Source: an uncultured bacterium (lineage in GTDB: Bacteria > Hydrothermota > UBA3073 > NMUJ01 > CBEVQO01). From it: a stretch of 64,000 nt of DNA. The notes beneath the pieces were generated by a model. It worked only from the letters and a program-made list of their open reading frames with translations. It made no database searches and was not told the DNA's origin. Positions 22,566 through 34,051 of the stretch are shown piece after piece. Position numbers and translations under genes: made by a program. The first letter of the stretch is position 1. Every line of letters starts with the position of its first letter. The stretch is taken from contig CBEVQO010000008.1 in NCBI GenBank assembly GCA_965552055.1, positions 1 through 64,000 on the forward strand, given 5' to 3'.

Positions 22566-22585
22566 AAATCAGTGAAGAAATAAAA

Positions 22586-26454
<3,869 letters not shown>

Positions 26455-26460
26455 AATTCG

Positions 26461-27132
26461 ATGAGAGCACCGCTTAAAGAGCTTATAAGGAGGTCGCCAT
26501 TTGAAGGATTATTGCATCACGGTGAAAAAGTACTCGAAGGCATTCGTTTGTTAAAAGATGTCCTTTCACTTTACGACAAAGGAGAAGTCGAAAAAGCCGA
26601 ACCCCTGATAGAAAAAATTTACGAAATTGAGAGAGAAGCAGATTACATAAAAGGAAATATAAGAAATCATCTGCATAAATATATATGGCTACCTGTTGAT
26701 AAAGGTGACCTTTTGACATGCCTTAAAGAGCTTGATGCAGTTATTGATTGTGCACAGGATATTTGTGTATGGCTTACACTTTGTGAGGAAAAAATTCCAA
26801 AGTTAATTCAGGATAAATTGTTTGAACTGCTTGAGCGTGATATAGAAACAGTTGAGTTGACAATCAAAGCATTAAAACTTGGGATTGAATATTTGCGTCA
26901 TCCATTTTTAAAGAGGAAATTGAGAAAAGAAGTTAAAGAAATTTTAAAAGAAGTTCATGATAAAGAAGATGAAACAGATTTAATTGAGCGAGAAATTGGC
27001 AAAACAATCTTTAAAGCAAAATTAGACCCAAGGGCTACTTTTGTATTTTTGCATTTGAATGTGCTACTGGGTAGGATAGCAGACCACGCTGCGAACGCAG
27101 GCGACCAGATAAGGGTAATGATAGCGAGGTAA
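26461..27132 (+). CDS. DUF47/TIGR00153 phosphate transport regulator
   Basis: RSPF, EREADYIK, IADHAANAGD; directly upstream of a PiT transporter. Confidence 0.88.
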   Translation: MRAPLKELIRRSPFEGLLHHGEKVLEGIRLLKDVLSLYDKGEVEKAEPLIEKIYEIEREADYIKGNIRNHLHKYIWLPVDKGDLLTCLKELDAVIDCAQDICVWLTLCEEKIPKLIQDKLFELLERDIETVELTIKALKLGIEYLRHPFLKRKLRKEVKEILKEVHDKEDETDLIEREIGKTIFKAKLDPRATFVFLHLNVLLGRIADHAANAGDQIRVMIAR

Positions 27133-28331
27133 TGCATCTTCTAATCCTTTCCCTGGCGATTCTCCTCGCACTATATATGGCTTGGAATATTGGAGCGAAT
27201 GATGTTGCAAATTCCATGTCAACTGCTGTTGGCACACATGCAATAACTTTGCGTCAGGCACTCGTAATCGCTGCTGTACTCGATACTGTTGGTGCTGTTT
27301 TCGTTGGCTCACATGTTGTTGAAACGATGAGAAAAGGGATAATAAATCCTGCGAATATTGAGGCGTATAAAATAATGCTTGGCTTTTTATCGTCTTTACT
27401 TGCTGCGAGTATATGGGTTACTGTTGCTACATGGAGGGAGATGCCTGTATCCACCACCCATTCTGTTGTTGGCGCTATAATGGGATTTGGGCTTGTTGCA
27501 GGCGGTGTTCATATCGTTAACTGGAAGAAAGTTTTGCAAATCGTTTTGAGCTGGGTTATCTCTCCTGTTTTCGCAATTTTCCTTGCATTTTGCATCTTTC
27601 AAATTGTAAGAAAATTTGTGCTTGAGAAGAAAAATCCTGTAGAAAGTGCTTTAAAGTTCTCTCCTTATATTTCGGGGATTACTTTTTTCATATTCACTCT
27701 TGCTATATTTTTCAAGACACCACTTGGCAAGCGCCTTGGTGATACAAAATTTACCTTTTTGATATCCGGGATTGTTGGCTTTATATCGGGTGTGATTGGC
27801 TATTTTGTGATGAGAAGGATTGCTTTGAGGGGCGATGATGTTGAAGAGTTCTTTCGTCGCCTTCAGGTTCTCACGAGCTGTTATATTGCTTTTTCACATG
27901 GTGCAAACGATGTTGCGAACGCAGTTTCACCACTTGCAGGTGTTTTGATGATTTTAAAAACAGGCAAACTCGGTTTAAAAGCCGAAGTCCCTTTATATAT
28001 TTTGCTAATAGGGGGATTGGGGATAGCAATTGGCATTATCACCTGGGGCTACAAAGTTATAAGGACGATTGCCTTTAAGATAACACATTTGAGTAATTCT
28101 CGTGCTTTCTGCATTGATTTCAGTGCAGCATCAACTGTTTTACTTGCATCAAAACTTGGTTTACCTGTTTCCACCACGCATGCATGCGTTGGTGCAGTTA
28201 TAGGTATTGGGCTTGTGAGGGGGATAGAGGCGCTCAACTTACGGGTTATACGCCAGATAATTTATGCGTGGCTGATAACACTTCCTGTTTCCGCTCTTTT
28301 GAGTGCTCTTATATTTAAATTAATTACTTGA
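27132..28331 (+). CDS. PiT-family inorganic phosphate transporter
   Basis: Two GANDVAN motifs and two PVSTTH motifs. Confidence 0.95.
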   Translation: MHLLILSLAILLALYMAWNIGANDVANSMSTAVGTHAITLRQALVIAAVLDTVGAVFVGSHVVETMRKGIINPANIEAYKIMLGFLSSLLAASIWVTVATWREMPVSTTHSVVGAIMGFGLVAGGVHIVNWKKVLQIVLSWVISPVFAIFLAFCIFQIVRKFVLEKKNPVESALKFSPYISGITFFIFTLAIFFKTPLGKRLGDTKFTFLISGIVGFISGVIGYFVMRRIALRGDDVEEFFRRLQVLTSCYIAFSHGANDVANAVSPLAGVLMILKTGKLGLKAEVPLYILLIGGLGIAIGIITWGYKVIRTIAFKITHLSNSRAFCIDFSAASTVLLASKLGLPVSTTHACVGAVIGIGLVRGIEALNLRVIRQIIYAWLITLPVSALLSALIFKLIT

Positions 28332-28354
28332 CAATGATAAATTTTGAATATAAT
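28328..28354 (+). promoter_or_regulatory. tRNA promoter TTGACA-N15-TATAAT; -35 contains the PiT stop
   Basis: Direct motif match. Confidence 0.8.
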
Positions 28355-28361
28355 ATTATGT

Positions 28362-28436
28362 GCGGGCATAGCTCAGGGGTAGAGCACCAGCTTCCCAAGC
28401 TGGGGGTCGCGGGTTCGAATCCCGTTGCCCGCTCCA
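28362..28436 (+). tRNA. tRNA-Gly (anticodon CCC), CCA encoded
   Basis: Acceptor stem GCGGGCA/TGCCCGC, anticodon arm CCAGC-TTCCCAA-GCTGG, GGTTCGAATCC T-arm. Confidence 0.97.
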
Positions 28437-28437
28437 C

Positions 28438-28773
28438 ATGCGAAAAGAAATAAAAGAATCTGAAAGAATAAAAAATTTCAAAGACAAATATTTAGCAAAA
28501 ATTTTGAATCTCTATTCTCCCAAAAAAGTAATAATTTTTGGTTCAATTGCACATGGAGAAAATATAAAAGAAAGTGATATTGATTTAATAATAGTTTCGA
28601 ATAAATTCAAAGGAATTAATTTTTTAGAAAGGATTGAAAAAGTATTACTTGAAGTGGATTTTGATGAACCTGTTGATGTCCTGTGTTATACAGAAGAAGA
28701 ATTTAATGTGAAAAAAGAGCAACTCGGCATAGTGAATCGAGCAGTAAAAGGAGGCATCGTAATATATGGATGA
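28438..28773 (+). CDS. Minimal nucleotidyltransferase (MNT), no adjacent HEPN partner
   Basis: IFGSIAHG...ESDIDLIIVS...DVLCYT. Confidence 0.88.
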   Translation: MRKEIKESERIKNFKDKYLAKILNLYSPKKVIIFGSIAHGENIKESDIDLIIVSNKFKGINFLERIEKVLLEVDFDEPVDVLCYTEEEFNVKKEQLGIVNRAVKGGIVIYG

Positions 28774-29512
28774 TTTAATAAAAAGAGTAGCAGAAATTTT
28801 AAAAAATTCGAAGAAAATCGTTGCACTTACAGGTGCAGGGGTATCTGCCGAAAGTGGCATCCCTACTTTTCGTGGCAAAGATGGTTTGTGGCGTAATTAC
28901 AGAGCTGAAGAACTTGCCACTCCCGAGGCATTCATGCGCAATCCACAGCTCGTATGGGATTGGTACAACTGGCGAAGAGAGATAATAAGGAAGGCAAAGC
29001 CAAATCCCGCCCATTACACTCTTTCTGAATTTGAAAAAATTTCCCCGGATTTTTATTTGATAACACAAAATGTGGATGGGTTGCATGAAAGAGCAGGCTC
29101 AAAACATCTTTACGAAGTGCATGGCAACATTTTCAGGAACAGATGTTTTAGATGCGGAAAGCTATATGGCGATATTCAGCAAAAAGAGGTACCGAGATGC
29201 GATTGCGGAGGACTTATTCGCCCTGATGTGGTGTGGTTCGGCGAAGCCGTTCGCTATATCGATGAGAGCTTTACATTAGCAAGAGAATGCGATTGCCTCA
29301 TGTCAATAGGAACTTCAGCAGTTGTTTACCCCATAGCACATTTACCTTTTGTAGCAAAAGATTCAGGAGCAAAAGTAATAGAAATAAACCTTGAACCCAC
29401 ACCAGTATCCCAAGTAGCAGATGTATCAATCTACGGCAAAGCAGGAGAAATATTGCCAAAGATACTTATAGAAGTGAAAAATCAAGAAGCAAATGAACAA
29501 AATAAAGAATAA
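28766..29512 (+). CDS. cobB: Sir2-family NAD-dependent deacylase
   Basis: TGAGVSAESGIPTFRG, TQNVDGLH, RPDVVWFGE. Confidence 0.95.
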   Translation: MDDLIKRVAEILKNSKKIVALTGAGVSAESGIPTFRGKDGLWRNYRAEELATPEAFMRNPQLVWDWYNWRREIIRKAKPNPAHYTLSEFEKISPDFYLITQNVDGLHERAGSKHLYEVHGNIFRNRCFRCGKLYGDIQQKEVPRCDCGGLIRPDVVWFGEAVRYIDESFTLARECDCLMSIGTSAVVYPIAHLPFVAKDSGAKVIEINLEPTPVSQVADVSIYGKAGEILPKILIEVKNQEANEQNKE

Positions 29513-29520
29513 TAGAGAAA

Positions 29521-30453
29521 ATGCGCTTTATGCGTAGATTAATTGCTGGTTTTGTGATTTTTATGGCGGGATGTGTTAAGCGGTGGACAAAGTTAATAAT
29601 AATTTTAATGATATTTTTATTAAGTTGTGAACACTGGACTGAGATTGATGTTAAAATTCATGCTCCTAATTGGACGAGTGATAATAAAGTTGTGTTTGTT
29701 AAAGAAGTGATTTACTGGAGGTGTGAGAGGATACCTCCGATAGGGGCCGAGAATGCTCATATAAAGAGGCGTGAGTTTTATCTGTATGAGATAAATGCGG
29801 ATGGCACGGGTTTGAAAGAGATATGTCTTTTGTGGGATAGACCTGCAGGAGGTATAGGTTGTCTCTCGAGTGCAGGTGACTGGATAGTTTTCAGTGATAA
29901 CAAATATCAGGAGATATGGATAATAAAGCGTGATGGTACAGGTTTGAAGAAAGTGGGGCATGGCATAAACCCAGATTTCTCACCAGATGCGGAAAAGATA
30001 GTTTACGAGAAGCCAGATTCAGGTATTTGGATAATGAACAGGGATGGAAGCGGAGACCACTGCATAGTGCCCGACCCGGACGCAAAATACCCAGCATGGA
30101 GCCCAGATGATACGCTGGTGGCATATGTGCGATACGTGAATGTTCCAAGGAAATGGGGAGTACATATCATAAGCTTTACAGGAGACAGCTTAAGATTTTA
30201 CCCTTTAATGGAATATCCACGGTGGTCAGCAAGTGAGACCAATATAATTTATTGTACTCAATATATGCAAGGCATTAAAATTGATATCATATCTTCAACT
30301 ATAGATTCTTTGAGTATTAGAAGTGGTCAAGGAATAAACCCAAGTCCCGATGGTTCATGGTTCATTGCCTATGATGGTTCTTGGTTTGTGATAAAAAAAG
30401 ACGGCACTAATAAATGGTATCTTAAAGACAAACTAGAAGGGGGTGAAAAATGA
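29521..30453 (+). CDS. TolB-like beta-propeller lipoprotein, copy 1 (two tandem signal peptides; start may be 29530)
   Basis: PDFSPD and PAWSPD PD40-like repeats. Confidence 0.8.
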   Translation: MRFMRRLIAGFVIFMAGCVKRWTKLIIILMIFLLSCEHWTEIDVKIHAPNWTSDNKVVFVKEVIYWRCERIPPIGAENAHIKRREFYLYEINADGTGLKEICLLWDRPAGGIGCLSSAGDWIVFSDNKYQEIWIIKRDGTGLKKVGHGINPDFSPDAEKIVYEKPDSGIWIMNRDGSGDHCIVPDPDAKYPAWSPDDTLVAYVRYVNVPRKWGVHIISFTGDSLRFYPLMEYPRWSASETNIIYCTQYMQGIKIDIISSTIDSLSIRSGQGINPSPDGSWFIAYDGSWFVIKKDGTNKWYLKDKLEGGEK

Positions 30454-30839
30454 AGAGGTATGTTTTTGCTTTTTTCATGACTTTAGGTTCTGTGATTTTT
30501 GCCGAGCCTTATAAGCCGTATCCTATATTATTTGTGCATGGAATGGGTTCAAATAGTAAACGCTGGGGTGTGGTATGTGATACTTTTCCAAAATGGCTCA
30601 ATTGGGGCAAATTTACGGATAGCATTATAGATTGGGATGAAAACAAAACATTTGGACACTTTCTCCCCCTGATGCAACCATACGCATGGAGATGGTACGA
30701 GTGGGAGAAAGAACAGGGGTTAGACCCTACTTATACTCCTACTACCAATCGGGATTCAGTTCCCGAAGAAAAGATTCGTGCTCGTTTTCCCAACAAGTGT
30801 TTTCTTGAGGTGGTGAATATGGATGACCCGTGGGGGTAG
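30450..30839 (+). pseudogene. N-terminal stub of a secreted alpha/beta hydrolase (lipase-like)
   Basis: Signal peptide plus YPILFVHGMGS; ends before any GxSxG motif. Confidence 0.65.
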
Positions 30840-30857
30840 TAAAAGGGGAGATGTTGT

Positions 30858-31781
30858 ATGCGTAGATTGATTATCAGTTTTATGATTGTTTTTATGGTTA
30901 CAGGATGTATTAAGCGCTGGACAGAGACAGGTGTATATGTAACTGCTGCCAACTGGACATCTAATAATAAAGTTGTATTTGTGAAGGAGGTTATCACATG
31001 GCAGTGTGAGAAGATACCGCCATTTATTTCGGAGCGTGCTGATGTTAAGAGCGATGAGTTTTATTTATGTGAGATAAATTATGACGGGACGGGTTTGAGG
31101 GAAATTTGTTATCTCTGGGACAGGCCAGGAGGAATAGGAGCAATTTCTAGTGCAGGGGACTGGATAGTTTTCAGTGATAATATTTATCGTGAGATTTATG
31201 TGATAAGGAGAGATGGTAGTGGATTGCAGAAGATTGGTTCGGGTATAAATCCTGATTTCTCACCAGACGCATCTCAAATAGTTTATGAAAAGCCGGATTC
31301 AGGGATATGGATAATGAACAGGGATGGCTCAAATGACCATCAAATATCGGAAGATGAAGAGGCAAATCAGCCAGCGTGGGGCAATGAGAATAATTTGATA
31401 TCTTATCTTACATCTACAGGTTTAATAATAACTGACATTACCGGAAATATTCTCTTTTCTTTTTCCAGAGATACAATTGGAGACACAGTAATTGCAATAA
31501 TAGGAGGAAGTGGAGTAGATTGGGGGCCTCTAGATTCTTTAATTGTTTCTGGTTCTAAATGGAAGTTAGAAGAGTGGAGTAATATGGAGCATGGATTTTT
31601 GATCCTTCATATTGATTCTATATTGACTCTCAGATTTAAATCTTTCGAAGCTTCTTCGTTTCGATGGTCGCCAGATGGCGAGTGGCTTATTGGCTGCGAT
31701 AAAAATGGTTATTTTGTTATTAAGAGAGATGGTACCAATAAATGGTATCTTAAAGATAAAATACAAGGAGGTGAACAATGA
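30858..31781 (+). CDS. TolB-like beta-propeller lipoprotein, copy 2
   Basis: VTGC lipobox; PD40-like repeats; paralog of 29521..30453. Confidence 0.8.
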   Translation: MRRLIISFMIVFMVTGCIKRWTETGVYVTAANWTSNNKVVFVKEVITWQCEKIPPFISERADVKSDEFYLCEINYDGTGLREICYLWDRPGGIGAISSAGDWIVFSDNIYREIYVIRRDGSGLQKIGSGINPDFSPDASQIVYEKPDSGIWIMNRDGSNDHQISEDEEANQPAWGNENNLISYLTSTGLIITDITGNILFSFSRDTIGDTVIAIIGGSGVDWGPLDSLIVSGSKWKLEEWSNMEHGFLILHIDSILTLRFKSFEASSFRWSPDGEWLIGCDKNGYFVIKRDGTNKWYLKDKIQGGEQ

Positions 31782-31906
31782 AAAGGTATGTTTTTCTTTT
31801 CATATTTACCTCTTTTGGTATATTTGCCGAGCCTTATAAGCCGTATCCTATATTATTTGTGCATGGAATGGGTTCAAATAGTAAACGCTTCAAAGAATAT
31901 GAATAA
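31778..31906 (+). pseudogene. Second, shorter hydrolase stub (42 aa)
   Basis: MKRYVFLFIFTSFGIFAEPYKPYPILFVHGMGSNSKRFKEYE*; DNA matches the first stub over FAEPY..NSKR. Confidence 0.75.
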
Positions 31907-33041
31907 AATCAAAATCCTCCATCTCATCACACGCTTTGATGAAGGAGGTTCAGCAAAAAATACCCTCCTAACCGCATCACTACTCCCATCTCCACCTTAT
32001 CACCAGCTAATAGCAGCAGGAGAAATAAAAATAAAATCAAATGTAAAAGTGTTAAAAATAAAAAATCTAAAAAGAGAAATATCACCCTTAAAGGATTTAC
32101 TCGCACTAATTGAAATTTATAAATTGATAAAAAAAGAAAAGCCAAAAATCGTCCATGTACACACATCAAAAGCAGGCTTCCTCGGCAGAATTGCCTGTGC
32201 TTTCCTGCCTGTGAAATGCGTTTACACACCACACGGCCATATTTTTTATGGATATTTCAATAAATTTTTGACAAAAATTTTCATACTGCTCGAAAAAATA
32301 GCAAATTACTTTGCAGATAGAGTTTGTGCATTATCAGATGGCGAAGCAGAAGAATTGATAAAATTTGGAACAGTAAAGAAAGAAAAGGTAAGAGTAATAC
32401 CAAGTGGAATAGAAGAAAACTTCAAAGAAAAGAAAAATTACAAAATAAAAGAAAATCCCAGAATATTATCGGTCGGAAGATTGGTTGAGATAAAAGGATA
32501 TGTATATTTGGTAAAAGCAAGCCCTTTTGTCCTGAGACATTTCCCCGACGCGAAATTCATAATATGCGGTGACGGGCATTTGCGTCCAAAATTAATAGAT
32601 CTGGCAAAAGAACTCGGTGTTTATGAAAATTTTGAATTCAGGGGATTTTGCAGAGATGTATCGGAAATACTTTATGAAAGTGATATTTTTGTTATGCCTT
32701 CTTTAAATGAAGGTATGTGCAGAGCAGTTGCAGAAGCAATGCTTACAGGTTTGCCCGTTGTAGCAAGCAAAGTATGTGGGTTAAAAAGCATCGTAAAAGA
32801 TGGAGAAACAGGGATACTTTTTCCGCCAAAAGATTATAAAGCCCTTGCAGAAGCGATAATAAAATTGTTGAAAGACGAAAAATTAAGAGAGAAAATGGGA
32901 AAAGCAGGCAGAGAATATGCAAAAAGATATTTAACGGTAAAAAGGATGCTTAGTTTAACAGATAAGTTATATAAGGAATTAATTAGCCCCTCCTCCGCTG
33001 TCCCCACCTTCCCGATTAAGTCAGCCCACTCCTACCGCTAA
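31899..33041 (+). CDS. GT4-family glycosyltransferase
   Basis: KILHLITR, HVHTSKAG, PSLNEG...EAM; the longer ORF from 31788 only reads through the stub. Confidence 0.9.
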   Translation: MNKIKILHLITRFDEGGSAKNTLLTASLLPSPPYHQLIAAGEIKIKSNVKVLKIKNLKREISPLKDLLALIEIYKLIKKEKPKIVHVHTSKAGFLGRIACAFLPVKCVYTPHGHIFYGYFNKFLTKIFILLEKIANYFADRVCALSDGEAEELIKFGTVKKEKVRVIPSGIEENFKEKKNYKIKENPRILSVGRLVEIKGYVYLVKASPFVLRHFPDAKFIICGDGHLRPKLIDLAKELGVYENFEFRGFCRDVSEILYESDIFVMPSLNEGMCRAVAEAMLTGLPVVASKVCGLKSIVKDGETGILFPPKDYKALAEAIIKLLKDEKLREKMGKAGREYAKRYLTVKRMLSLTDKLYKELISPSSAVPTFPIKSAHSYR

Positions 33042-33149
33042 AATACGCAAACAGCAAATAAAGCCACAACCCCTGCCACAACCCAAACACCATAATGGGC
33101 TGACATATCAACCCATTATGTAATAGGCTCGCTTACGCTCGCATTAAAA
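32983..33149 (-). repeat. Dispersed GC-rich element, copy 1
   Basis: Minus strand TTTTAATGCGAGCGTAAGCGAGC...TTACATAATGGGTTG...GGTGGGGACAGCGGAGGAGGGGCTAA. Confidence 0.85.
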
Positions 33150-33150
33150 G

Positions 33151-33177
33151 TTGACAAATAAAGAAATCCATTAAAAT
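33151..33177 (+). promoter_or_regulatory. Promoter TTGACA-N15-TAAAAT, 6 nt before ATG
   Basis: Direct motif match. Confidence 0.78.
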
Positions 33178-33183
33178 AAAAAG

Positions 33184-33843
33184 ATGAATGCTGAAGAAAA
33201 ATTCTGGGAAGCATTAAAGAGATTATCGGAAGAAATAAACAAATTGCGAGAAGCACAAAAGAAAACAGATGAGCAATTAAGAAAAACAGACAAAGAAATA
33301 GATAAATTGCGAGAATCTCAAAAAAAGACGGATAAGCAATTAAAAGAGACAGATAAAGGTATGAAAGAATTACAAAAGCTCATCAAAGATTTATCTGACA
33401 ATGTTGGTGGTCTCAATCGCTCATTTGGCAAGATACCGGAAGCCCTAAGTGAACCACAGGTTGAAGAAAAATTTGAAGAAGCAGGGTTTGAAGTGCTTGG
33501 TGCCTATCCCAATATCTGGGGAAAATACAATGGCAAGAAAAAAGAAATCGACCTTTTGATAAAGGCAAGACGAAATGGCAAACCTTATATCATCGTAGTG
33601 GAAACTCAGGTGCAATTCAAATCGCGCAAAGAAATAGATGATTTTATCGAATTTTTAAAGGAAGATTTCAGGAAATATTTCGATGAATATGCAAAAATGA
33701 AGGTAATAGGTTGCGTATGCGCACTTAAATTCAGCAGAGGAGTTGACGAACACGCCATAAATAGAGGTTTATACTGTATGAAACCAGTAAAAGGCATAAT
33801 GGGGCTGATAAATCCCAGAAACTTCAAACCCAAAGAATTCTAA
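33184..33843 (+). CDS. Coiled-coil plus PD-(D/E)XK-like nuclease-fold protein (DUF3782-like)
   Basis: QKKTDEQL heptad repeats; EIDLL...IVVETQ; NPRNFKPKEF tail. Confidence 0.75.
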   Translation: MNAEEKFWEALKRLSEEINKLREAQKKTDEQLRKTDKEIDKLRESQKKTDKQLKETDKGMKELQKLIKDLSDNVGGLNRSFGKIPEALSEPQVEEKFEEAGFEVLGAYPNIWGKYNGKKKEIDLLIKARRNGKPYIIVVETQVQFKSRKEIDDFIEFLKEDFRKYFDEYAKMKVIGCVCALKFSRGVDEHAINRGLYCMKPVKGIMGLINPRNFKPKEF

Positions 33844-33859
33844 TTAATAAAATTTTTTC

Positions 33860-33886
33860 TTGACGCACTCATATCATCATTATAAT
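33860..33886 (+). promoter_or_regulatory. Promoter TTGACG-N15-TATAAT
   Basis: Direct motif match. Confidence 0.7.
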
Positions 33887-34051
33887 TTCATGTGAACAAT
33901 CAAATCTATACATTGAACTCTCTCTCTCTCTCGTAGAGGTATATTTTCACAAAATCACCCTGTAAGCATTTTAAAAGTAAGACCGCCTCCTAATTGGCAT
34001 CTTTATTATGCTTTGGTAAGTGCTCTTTGAGTAGTTTAAAAGGAGGGGGAG

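Noticed and set aside
28766..29512. Sir2 gene as an anti-phage effector
   Set aside because: It has canonical CobB deacylase motifs and a zinc site, with no defence partner
31788..31898. N-terminal extension of the GT4 ORF
   Set aside because: Out-of-frame reading of the hydrolase stub; GT4 similarity starts at 31899
28362..31906. Integrated element at tRNA-Gly
   Set aside because: No integrase and no duplicated tRNA 3' end seen
33918..33932. (CT)7 tract in the leader of the 34052 gene as a phase-variation switch
   Set aside because: It lies outside the promoter spacer and the CDS, and there is no evidence of length variation
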